Of a DNA stretch of 46,789 nt, positions 1 through 7,728 are shown in pieces. Within the stretch, counting starts at the first letter, position 1. Every line of letters begins with the position of its first letter. The position numbers and the translations under genes were made by a program. The stretch is from positions 1 through 46,789 of the forward strand of contig WQTM01000232.1 of assembly GCA_009786315.1 (NCBI GenBank), read 5' to 3'. The notes under the pieces are model-generated. The model saw only the letters and a list, made by a program, of their open reading frames with translations, was not told where the DNA came from and searched no databases. Source of the stretch: Pseudomonadota bacterium. GTDB taxonomy: Bacteria > Myxococcota > Myxococcia > Myxococcales > Myxococcaceae.

Positions 1-265
1 AAGTTCCCCGCCGGAGGCAAAATGCCCGGAGGGCGAGAAAGCCCGGGCCGCAGGCCCAGAGAGAACAACGCCCGAAGGGCGAAGAGAAACATTTCCAAAA
101 ATGGCCCGGGCCGCAGGCCCAAAGAGAACAACGCCCGAAGGGCGAAGAGAAACATTTCAAAAAAAAGCCCGGGCCGCAGGCCCAAAGAGAACAACACCCG
201 AAGGGTGAAGAGAAACATTTCAAAAAATGGCCCGGGCCGCAGGCCCAAAAACACATTGTCAGCTG
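1..265. repeat. Left copy of a GC-hairpin repeat element, inverted relative to the copy at 46607-46748
   Basis: nt 1-36 are the exact reverse complement of 46713-46748, with scattered mismatches after that. Both copies share the inner boundary ACATTGTCAGCTG (253-265 vs reverse complement of 46607-46619). The left copy has about 3.3 internal units and the right copy about 1.3. Confidence 0.85.
41..250 (-). repeat. 63-bp tandem repeat (about 3.3 copies). Each unit has two hairpin+U-tract modules when read on the minus strand
   Basis: GCCCGGGCCGCAGGCCC recurs at 41, 104, 167 and 230 (period 63). The minus-strand unit reads GGGCCTGCGGCCCGGGC-T(5-8)-GAAATGTTTCTCTT-CGCCCTTCGGGCG-TTGTTCTCTTT. It lies directly downstream of murI, which is on the minus strand. 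Confidence 0.85.
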
Positions 266-336
266 GCAACAACCCCGCCCGGAGGGCGAAAAAAGCAAAC
301 CCGCAGGCCCATACCTCCCCAGTCCCCACTCCTCTT

Positions 337-1137
337 TTAGAGTCTACACAAGAGAATGTTAGAGAGAGGGTGGCCGAGGAAGCGCTCTGCTTGTTGGGCA
401 AAGCGCTCCGGCTCATCCGTTACAAAACAGAGGTGAGAGGCTTGGGGTGTGTTTGCGCAGAGTGCATGCAAACGCAGCAAGGTGGACACATGCTGCGCTG
501 TTGCCACAGCCGAGTCCACCAGCTGCACCTCTGGGCACAGCACAGCCTCCAAAGTGGGGGCCAGCAGGGGGTAGTGCGTGCAGCCGAGCACCACCGTGTC
601 TGCGCCAAACTCTATAACAGGCTGTATATAGTGGCGAGCAACCAAAGTGGTTACTTCTCCTTGCAGCCAACCCTCCTCCACCAGGGGGACAAACAGCGGG
701 CATGGTTGGGCAAACACACAGAGGGAGGGTTGAATGTCCAACAATGCCCGGTGGTAGGCCTTGGAGCGTATGGTGCCCAAAGTCCCCAGCACAGCAATGC
801 GGCCATTGCGCGTATGCTTTGCCGCCTGCTGCGCTCCCGGTACAATGACGCCCACAACGGGAATGGAAAGCCGCTTTTGCAGGCCCTCCAAAGCCAGTGC
901 CGAGGCTGTGTTGCATGCTACCACCAACAGTTTTATGGAGTGGCCCAACAAAAACGCGGCGGCCTCCTGCGCATAGCGGCAAACCACCTCCGCGGACTTG
1001 TTGCCATAGGGGAGGCGCGCCAAGTCCCCCAAATAGACGGTATTCTCTTGGGGCAACAGTTGCTGGAGTGCCTTGAGGACAGTCAACCCTCCAAGGCCTG
1101 AGTCAAATACACCAATGGGGCGGTTGCTCGGGGACAT
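337..1137 (-). CDS. murI: Glutamate racemase
   Basis: Motifs IGVFDSGLGGLTV, VVACNTAS and LGCTHYP. The ATG at 1137 is preceded by a GGGAGAGGGG Shine-Dalgarno-like tract. The ORF-track start at 1161 is GTG and remains an alternative. Confidence 0.93.
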   Translation of the reverse strand: MSPSNRPIGVFDSGLGGLTVLKALQQLLPQENTVYLGDLARLPYGNKSAEVVCRYAQEAAAFLLGHSIKLLVVACNTASALALEGLQKRLSIPVVGVIVPGAQQAAKHTRNGRIAVLGTLGTIRSKAYHRALLDIQPSLCVFAQPCPLFVPLVEEGWLQGEVTTLVARHYIQPVIEFGADTVVLGCTHYPLLAPTLEAVLCPEVQLVDSAVATAQHVSTLLRLHALCANTPQASHLCFVTDEPERFAQQAERFLGHPLSNILLCRL

Positions 1138-1170
1138 GCCCCTCTCCCTAACACGGGGCACTTGGGGACA

Positions 1171-1989
1171 CTACCCAATAAGGTGCGCAGAGGTTGCCCA
1201 CAACAATAACGCACCCAAGGCAATGCGGTAGTAGGCAAAGCCGTTGAGGCTGTGGCGCCGCACCAAACGCATGAGAAACCAAATGGCCGCAATGCCAGAG
1301 AGGAAGGAAACCACCACGCCTGCGCACAACGCCCCCCACTCCTGCCCCACCCCCTGCTGAATAAGCGTGCGTAACTCAAAAAAACCGGCAAGGCCTGTGG
1401 CTGGAATGGACAACAAAAAGGAATAACGCGCCGCCTCTTCGCGTTTAAAGTTGGAAAACAATGCCCCCGTCAGCGTGGTGCCGGAGCGGGAAGCCCCCGG
1501 CACCAAAGCCAAAGCCTGCCAAAAGCCTATGAGCAAAGCATCCTTGAGTTTCATCTCTGACAAGGCCCGTTGCTGGCGCCCTCGCTTCTCCGCCAACAAC
1601 AACACCACGCCAAACAACAAAAGCGCGCTGGCAACCACCCACATGGAGCGCGCCTCATTCTCAATAAAACGCTTCAACACGAGGCCAAAAAAACAAATGG
1701 GGAGCGTGCCCAACGCCACAAACCAGGCCGTCTGGCTGTTGGTGCTATGGTAGGGGTTTTTTTGCTTCAGCGCTGCCCAGGAGGCTTTTGTCAGTTGGGC
1801 AATGTCCTTGCCAAAAAAAATAATGACCGCTGCCGTTGTGCCCAGCTGAATGACGGCGGAAAAAGCAGCCCCCACGTCCCCACCCTCCAGCAAGGCAGAA
1901 GCAATACGCAAATGCGCCGTGGAGCTAATGGGGAGAAACTCCGTCAGCCCCTGCACCACCCCCAAAACAATTGCTTCCCATAAATGCAT
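1171..1989 (-). CDS. uppP: Undecaprenyl-diphosphate phosphatase (BacA/UppP)
   Basis: N-terminus MHLWEAIVLGVVQGLTEFLPISSTAHL and the later SRSGTT motif. Polytopic membrane protein of 272 aa. Confidence 0.93.
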   Translation of the reverse strand: MHLWEAIVLGVVQGLTEFLPISSTAHLRIASALLEGGDVGAAFSAVIQLGTTAAVIIFFGKDIAQLTKASWAALKQKNPYHSTNSQTAWFVALGTLPICFFGLVLKRFIENEARSMWVVASALLLFGVVLLLAEKRGRQQRALSEMKLKDALLIGFWQALALVPGASRSGTTLTGALFSNFKREEAARYSFLLSIPATGLAGFFELRTLIQQGVGQEWGALCAGVVVSFLSGIAAIWFLMRLVRRHSLNGFAYYRIALGALLLWATSAHLIG

Positions 1990-2001
1990 GCAAAACCTCT
2001 C

Positions 2002-3156
2002 TTAGGCCAAAGCCTCGCGCAAAGCCTCCGTCTTGTCCGTGCGCTCCCAGCTGAAACCTTCGGACTCCCGGCCAAAATGCCCATAGGCAGCCGTGGGCTG
2101 GTAAATGGGGCGTAACAAGTTGAGGTGTTGAATAATTTGGAAGGGCCGCAAGTCAAACACGCGCGACACCGCCGCCTCTATTTTGCCCTCCTCCACCGTC
2201 GCCGTCCCAAAACTGTCAATGCTGAGGCTGACAGGTTTGGCAACGCCAATGGCATAGGCTATTTGTACTTCGCACTTGCGGGCAAGGCCTGCCGCTACAA
2301 TGTTTTTGGCAACATAACGCGCCATATAGGCGGCGGAGCGGTCTACTTTTGAGGGGTCCTTCCCGGAGAAGGCCCCTCCACCGTGCCTCCCCATGCCCCC
2401 ATAGGTGTCCACAATAATTTTACGCCCGGTGACGCCGGAGTCCCCCATGGGGCCCCCTATGACGAAACGCCCCGTGGGGTTAATGAAAAACTCGCAGTCC
2501 TTGCGCATGGCCTCGGGAATGACGGGGAAAACCACGTCTTCAATAATGGCCTCGCGCAATTGCTTGAGGGCAATGTCCAAAGAGTGTTGCGTGGAAACAA
2601 CCACGCTTTTTACCGCGACGGGCTTGTGCCCGCTATAGAGGAAGCTGACTTGCGCCTTGCCGTCCGGGCGCATCCACGTGTGTTGCTTGCGGCGGACTTC
2701 TGCAAGCTTCTTCGTCAGCGCGTGCGCATAAAAAATGGGGGCCGGCATTAACACCGGCGTCTCGTCGCAGGCATAGCCAAACATCATCCCCTGGTCCCCC
2801 GCCCCCTGCTCCTTGTTTTGGCTGGGCTCCACCCCCATTGCAATGTCCGGAGACTGGCCCTCAATGGCCACCATAACACCACAGGTGTTGCCGTCATAGC
2901 CCATGTCCGAGTGCGTGTAGCCAATGTCACAAATGGTTTTGCGGACAATGGTTGGCACGTCCACAAACCCCCTCGTTGTCACCTCCCCTGCAACAAAAGC
3001 CAGGCCCGTCTTCACCAGCACCTCAATGGCCACCTTGCTTTGCAAGTCCTGTCCCAACATGGCGTCGACAATGCCGTCGGCAATTTGGTCAGCAATTTTG
3101 TCAGGGTGTCCCTCCGTCACGGATTCAGACGTAAACAAAGTATTTTGAGTTTTCAT
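2002..3156 (-). CDS. metK: S-adenosylmethionine synthetase
   Basis: Motifs [44 protein letters not shown] and [19 protein letters not shown]. Length 384 aa. Confidence 0.97.
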   Translation of the reverse strand: MKTQNTLFTSESVTEGHPDKIADQIADGIVDAMLGQDLQSKVAIEVLVKTGLAFVAGEVTTRGFVDVPTIVRKTICDIGYTHSDMGYDGNTCGVMVAIEGQSPDIAMGVEPSQNKEQGAGDQGMMFGYACDETPVLMPAPIFYAHALTKKLAEVRRKQHTWMRPDGKAQVSFLYSGHKPVAVKSVVVSTQHSLDIALKQLREAIIEDVVFPVIPEAMRKDCEFFINPTGRFVIGGPMGDSGVTGRKIIVDTYGGMGRHGGGAFSGKDPSKVDRSAAYMARYVAKNIVAAGLARKCEVQIAYAIGVAKPVSLSIDSFGTATVEEGKIEAAVSRVFDLRPFQIIQHLNLLRPIYQPTAAYGHFGRESEGFSWERTDKTEALREALA

Positions 3157-3291
3157 GTCATTCCAGTTGAGGCCACCCGCTTGGGTGTGGCCGGTTTGTT
3201 TCTACAATGGGGGAATAGCCCCTTCAACATACCGGAGAAGCTCTAGCCCAGGGGGGTTGGGTTTGACAAGGGGGAGGGTGGGGGAAAAGGT

Positions 3292-4116
3292 TTAGGGCCT
3301 GGGCAATTCGCTGTTGGGGTGTATTTCGCTTTGGCGGACGGCGAGGGAGTTGGGGGGGATGCTTCGCGTAATGAAGGCATTGCCCGCGACAATGCTGTTT
3401 TCTCCAATAACGGTGGAGCCGCCGAGAATGGTGGCATTGGCATAGACGACGACGCCGTCTTCGAGGGTGGGGTGGCGTTTTTGGTTGGCCATATGTTTGG
3501 CCACCGTCAACGCGCCCAGCGTTACGCCCTGGTAGAGTTTGACGTTGTTGCCGATGTACGTGGTTCCGCCAATAACAATGCCGGTACCGTGGTCAATGAA
3601 AAAGCGGTTGCCGATGCGAGCGGCGGGGTGAATGTCAATGCCTGTTTTCCAGTGGGCAAACTCCGTCAGCATACGCGGCACCAGGGGCATGTTGTGCAAG
3701 TGGAGGGCGTGGGCGAGCCTATAGAGGGCGATGGCATAGAAGCCGGGGTAGGTAAGAATCACTTCATCCAAGCTTTGGGCGGCCGGGTCCCCCTCGAAAA
3801 TGGCCTGGGCATCCGCTTGCATGGACTCATGCAGGAGCCACAACTCTTGGGAGAAGCGCTCTGGGAATGAGGGCTCTCGCGTAGGCGCGCCCGGGGGGCA
3901 GACGGCCCGAGTCAACTTGCCGAGCAGTTGCAGCAGGGAGAGCAACTCTTCCTCGAGGGCGGCTTTGGAGCAAGAGGTAAAGGTGGAGAAGTGGGGGAAG
4001 AGGAGTCCCATGGTTTGGGAGGCGAATTGTTGCACCAGGGGCTGTATTTTTGAGGGGAAGCAGTGCGCGCTGTGCGCGGCAAACAGCTGCTCAACCAAAG
4101 GAGGGTGGAAAGTCAT
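3292..4116 (-). CDS. cysE: Serine O-acetyltransferase
   Basis: Hexapeptide-repeat core DIHPAARIGNRFFIDHGTGIVIGGTTYIGNNVKLYQGVTLG. Start taken at the ATG at 4116; the ORF-track start at 4125 is TTG. Confidence 0.85.
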   Translation of the reverse strand: MTFHPPLVEQLFAAHSAHCFPSKIQPLVQQFASQTMGLLFPHFSTFTSCSKAALEEELLSLLQLLGKLTRAVCPPGAPTREPSFPERFSQELWLLHESMQADAQAIFEGDPAAQSLDEVILTYPGFYAIALYRLAHALHLHNMPLVPRMLTEFAHWKTGIDIHPAARIGNRFFIDHGTGIVIGGTTYIGNNVKLYQGVTLGALTVAKHMANQKRHPTLEDGVVVYANATILGGSTVIGENSIVAGNAFITRSIPPNSLAVRQSEIHPNSELPRP

Positions 4117-4193
4117 CCCCCGCAAGCTAGCATGTTTGGAGCATACGGACCAACCCCGGCGGTTTTCTATTTTCCCCCCCTGCGCCCCTTTTC

Positions 4194-5141
4194 CTACCTG
4201 CTTTTCTCAAACAAAGTTGTGCGCAATATTTGGGCCGAGTCCAAGGCCTTGTTGAGTTTGCCGAGCAGGGACATGACTTCCAGGCGCGAAACCTTCGCCC
4301 CCGCCCCCTTCTTTTTCAACTCCGCAAGGCTTGCCCTCGCCAACAACAGAGGGAAAGCCACAAAGGCCAAAATTCCCCGGTTGGCCCCTCCCGCTTGCAA
4401 GGCGTCGACATAGTCAACGGCCCGGAGCAAGTCCGCCTCTGCCAAGGCAAACACGGCTTGGTGGGAAACATTCGCGGGCAAATAGCTGCGGCCGTCCTCC
4501 TTGTCGCTGCTCTGGTCTTTCAAAATATTGACCAGTTGCAGGCCCTCGCCAAACAAAACCTCCGTCTCCTTCAACCGGTCCTTCACAGCCTCAAGCGTTG
4601 GGCATGCCAACAAAAAAAGCTCCGTCAGCAACTCTCCGACAATGCCGGCCACCCAATAGCAATAGCGGCGCAAGTCCTCCAACGTGGACAACTCAAAGCT
4701 GCCCTTCTCGTCCGCGCGCTCGACAATTCCATACATGCCCTCGCAGGTACGTTTGACGTGCTGGCGAATAATGGTTTGGGCCTGGGGCGAGAGCGTCAGA
4801 AACGTTTCCACGACAGCAACGGATTGAGCAATCAGCTGTTGGTAGCCTTTGTGCGCGCTTGGCATGGGGGATGACCATTCCGGGACAAATTGGGCAGCAA
4901 CCGCTGCCGGCGCCTCTGCGTCCAGCAGTGTTTCAAGTTGCTTGAGTGCACCCAAACGTTTGGCCCTGGGCCAGGCCTCTGCGTCCTCAAAAGTGTCCGC
5001 AATGCGAAAAAACAAATAGGCCAACCCGACTTCCTTGCGCGTGGGCTCCGCAAGCAGAGGAATTGCCAGCGCGAAAGTCCGGCTTGTCTTCAATAACCAT
5101 TCGTCCAACAAAGCCATGAAAACCATGGCTACTAAATTCAT
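4194..5141 (-). CDS. Squalene synthase-like head-to-head trans-isoprenyl diphosphate synthase
   Basis: Motifs TSRTFALAIPLL, FRIADTFED (DTxED type as in Sqs, not the DDxxD of CrtB), YCYWVAGIVGELLTELF and LQLVNILKDQSSDKEDGRSYLP. Divergently paired with a squalene epoxidase-like gene. Confidence 0.7.
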   Translation of the reverse strand: MNLVAMVFMALLDEWLLKTSRTFALAIPLLAEPTRKEVGLAYLFFRIADTFEDAEAWPRAKRLGALKQLETLLDAEAPAAVAAQFVPEWSSPMPSAHKGYQQLIAQSVAVVETFLTLSPQAQTIIRQHVKRTCEGMYGIVERADEKGSFELSTLEDLRRYCYWVAGIVGELLTELFLLACPTLEAVKDRLKETEVLFGEGLQLVNILKDQSSDKEDGRSYLPANVSHQAVFALAEADLLRAVDYVDALQAGGANRGILAFVAFPLLLARASLAELKKKGAGAKVSRLEVMSLLGKLNKALDSAQILRTTLFEKSR

Positions 5142-5163
5142 TCACTAAGCGCCAACGGCTTTT

Positions 5164-5220
5164 CGCGCAAAAACAGCGCGCAAAAATACCCTTGTCGCGC
5201 AAAAATAGCGCACAAAAAAA
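5164..5220. promoter_or_regulatory. Three direct CGCGCAAAAA repeats plus one degenerate copy in the sqs/sqe divergent intergenic region
   Basis: CGCGCAAAAA occurs at 5164-5173, 5177-5186 and 5196-5205, and GCGCACAAAAAAA at 5208-5220. This lies inside the 123-bp gap between the divergent starts at 5141 and 5265. Confidence 0.45.
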
Positions 5221-5264
5221 CAAATTTAGTTGTGTGAAATCAAAAAAATTCATAAAAGCAGTCT

Positions 5265-6647
5265 ATGCCAAATTTAGACATTGCTATCGTAGGTGGAGCT
5301 TTCACGGGGTTGTCGGCGGCGGCAGCACTGGCCGCACAAGGCTTAAAAGTGGCCGTTTTCGACAGCCTTTCTGGTCCCAACCCTCAATACCGTGGTGAGC
5401 TGATTCACCCGCGGGGTGTGCGTGGGCTTTCAAAGTGGGGGCTTTTGGAGCCACTGAGGAAAGCCGGTGGGCTGGATTTGAGTGGTTTTGCTGTTGCGCC
5501 TGAGGAGGATGGGAGTGAGGCGGTGCTTTTGGACTACCCCTCGTGGGGGGGCCCCGGCCTTGGCATTGAGCAGCACGCCATTGTCAACACCATGCGGGCG
5601 GAGGTTGCTGCGCGCCCCAATGTGACGTTGCACCTTGGCAAGCGCGTGGAGGGTTTGCTCCGAGAAAATGGCCGCATTGTCGGCCTCTATTTGGACGGTG
5701 GTGAGGAGGTGCGCGCAAGCCTCACCATTGGCGCTGACGGCCGTCAGTCCCATATGCGCCAATGGTTGGGTGTCCCCCACAAAGTCAAACTCCTCTCCTA
5801 TTCCGTCATCCTCACGGTGACAGAGGACGCTCTCCCCTATGGACGCCGCGGGCACGTCTTCCTGGGGGCGCCGGGCACCATTTTGGCCTACCCCTATGGA
5901 GAAAACCTTGTGCGCCTGTGCATTGACGTCTCCGTGGACGCGCCCAAAGGGCCCTCTGCCTGGAGAAGCCTCTTGCTGAATGAATATGTGCCCAAAATGC
6001 ATGAGCCTTTGCGTACAGCCGTCGAAAAAGTCCTCAGCGACGAAAGCCAGCCCATTGTCGCCGCGGGGACGCACTCCATCCGCACGGAGGCTTGTGTTGT
6101 GCCTGGGGCGCTGCTGGCAGGAGACGCTGCAGGTTGTGCACACCCCTTGACGGCGGGCGGCATGTTGAATGCTGTCAACGACGTGCTGCTTTTCTCCGAG
6201 TGCCTGGCCAAAGAGGGCCCCACGGACGAGGCCCTCAAAAACTTCCAGCGTGCGCGCTACCGCTTTATTCGCTCTCGCGAAATGTTTACGGACGCCCTCT
6301 ATGAGGTATTCAGCAGCAAGGCCGAAGGCGCTCGTGGTTTGCGCAAGGGCATTGTCCGCTATTGGCTTGAAAGCGAGCGTGCACGTGCCGCTTCCATGCG
6401 CATTTTGTCCGGCGATGAAACCAGCCCCACGGCCTTCTTGGGTGAGTATACCCGCGTCATGGGCCTTTCCACCTTGTCCATTTGGAGGAGTGAAAACGAC
6501 AAACTCACCGAGCGGGCTTTGCGCTTGTCGGCGCTGCTTCAAACCTCGTTGGGACGCTTGGAGCGTGCTGCTGAAATTACCATTGGCCAAATTTATGCGG
6601 ACCAGAAAACCCGCCTCAGTGCACTTCCCCCTCTCAAAGGCGAATAG
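5265..6647 (+). CDS. FAD-dependent squalene monooxygenase (squalene epoxidase)-like
   Basis: N-terminal dinucleotide fold DIAIVGGAFTGLSAAAALAAQGLKVAVFD. It is followed by YRGELIHPRGVRGLSKWGL (compare eukaryotic IVGELLQPGG..L..LGL) and GDAAGCAHPLTAGGMLNAVNDV (compare GDAxNMRHPLTGGGMTV). Confidence 0.7.
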   Translation: MPNLDIAIVGGAFTGLSAAAALAAQGLKVAVFDSLSGPNPQYRGELIHPRGVRGLSKWGLLEPLRKAGGLDLSGFAVAPEEDGSEAVLLDYPSWGGPGLGIEQHAIVNTMRAEVAARPNVTLHLGKRVEGLLRENGRIVGLYLDGGEEVRASLTIGADGRQSHMRQWLGVPHKVKLLSYSVILTVTEDALPYGRRGHVFLGAPGTILAYPYGENLVRLCIDVSVDAPKGPSAWRSLLLNEYVPKMHEPLRTAVEKVLSDESQPIVAAGTHSIRTEACVVPGALLAGDAAGCAHPLTAGGMLNAVNDVLLFSECLAKEGPTDEALKNFQRARYRFIRSREMFTDALYEVFSSKAEGARGLRKGIVRYWLESERARAASMRILSGDETSPTAFLGEYTRVMGLSTLSIWRSENDKLTERALRLSALLQTSLGRLERAAEITIGQIYADQKTRLSALPPLKGE

Positions 6648-6761
6648 GACTTCTCCCTCTTCTCCAGGGTAGCCCCCTTGAAAAATACTCGCTTGGGCCC
6701 TTGTGGTTTGGGCGGGTTTTTGTTTTTGAGGGGGGCATGCCGTCTCCAAGGAGTGTATGCC

Positions 6762-7673
6762 GTGAAAGCAAAAAGCATTCTCGAGTTGGTTGGCCGAACG
6801 CCGCACTTGCAGCTTTGCAAACTGTTTCCTCAGGCGGAGGTGTGGATGAAGTTGGAGCGCCAAAACCCCGGCGGCAGCCTCAAGGACCGTGTTGCGTTGG
6901 CAATGGTGGAGGCTGCTGAGAGAAGCGGCCTTCTCCAGAAAGGCTATACCATTGTTGAGCCTACCTCGGGCAATACGGGCATAGGCCTTGCCATGGTATG
7001 CGCAGCCAAAGGCTATGCCCTCATTCTCACCATGCCCGAGTCCATGTCCGTTGAGCGGCGCAACCTGCTTGCAGCCTATGGTGCACAACTGGTGTTGACG
7101 CCACACGCCGAAGGCATGTCCGGCGCCATAGCCAAGGCGCACCTGATTGCCCAAACCATGCCTCAGAGTTTCATGCCCTCGCAGTTTGAAAACCCTGAAA
7201 ACCCCGCCTGCCATGAGAGACAAACTGCCCGGGAAATTCTCGAGGACTTCCCTGAAGGTTTGGACGTGCTGGTGGCGGGTGTGGGCACCGGCGGCCATAT
7301 TTCAGGGTTGGCCAAAACCCTCAAACCAGTTTGGCCCAACTTGCATGTTGTCGCCGTGGAGCCCGCCTTGTCACCTGTGCTTTCAGGGGGACAGGCAGGC
7401 CCTCACCCTTTGCAAGGTATTGGTGCAGGTTTTGTGCCCCAAATGCTGTCCAGGGAGTGGGTGGACGAGGTGCTTTGTGTGGAGGGGGGAGAAGCCTTTG
7501 CTTGGTTGCGCAGGGCAGCGCGGGAAGAGGGCCTTTTGTGTGGCATTTCTTCGGCGGCGGTTTTGGCTGCGGCCAGCCGGTTGCTTTCTCAAAATGCTGC
7601 CCAGGGCCGCATTCTAACGCTCTGCTATGACAGTGCGGAGCGTTATTTGTCTGTTGAGGGTTTGTTGGCCTGA
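6762..7673 (+). CDS. cysK: Cysteine synthase A (O-acetylserine sulfhydrylase)
   Basis: Motifs NPGGSLKDR (PLP lysine) and EPTSGNTGIGLA. The GTG at 6762 has AAGGAG 8 nt upstream and gives 303 aa. The ORF-track start at 6678 is TTG. Confidence 0.9.
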   Translation: MKAKSILELVGRTPHLQLCKLFPQAEVWMKLERQNPGGSLKDRVALAMVEAAERSGLLQKGYTIVEPTSGNTGIGLAMVCAAKGYALILTMPESMSVERRNLLAAYGAQLVLTPHAEGMSGAIAKAHLIAQTMPQSFMPSQFENPENPACHERQTAREILEDFPEGLDVLVAGVGTGGHISGLAKTLKPVWPNLHVVAVEPALSPVLSGGQAGPHPLQGIGAGFVPQMLSREWVDEVLCVEGGEAFAWLRRAAREEGLLCGISSAAVLAAASRLLSQNAAQGRILTLCYDSAERYLSVEGLLA

Positions 7674-7728
7674 GAGGGGAGGGGAGGGTGGGCGTTTTTG
7701 TCCCTCCGCCCCCGCCATTGGGCTTATT

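Noticed and set aside
41-250. Could the regular repeats be a CRISPR array?
   Set aside because: The units are directly tandem (63-bp period) with no unique spacers between them, and no cas genes or leader are present. The structure fits REP/terminator-like hairpin modules instead.
22-1101. 359-aa plus-strand ORF beginning with repeated PGRRPKENNARRAKRNISK peptides
   Set aside because: The repeated peptide is just the translation of the 63-bp non-coding tandem repeat. The remainder is antisense to the well-supported murI gene. There is no start context or domain motif.
3157-3291. SAM riboswitch in the metK leader
   Set aside because: There is a GGCCAC...GTGGCC hairpin about 15 nt upstream of the ATG. 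I could not find the conserved cores of the SAM-I, SAM-II or SAM/SAH classes by eye. It needs Infernal to decide, so it is not reported as a feature.
5430-7298. 622-aa minus-strand ORF spanning the epoxidase and cysK genes
   Set aside because: It is antisense to two genes with strong family motifs. The translation is low-complexity and Ala/Gly/Arg-rich, as expected from an open antisense frame in GC-rich coding DNA.
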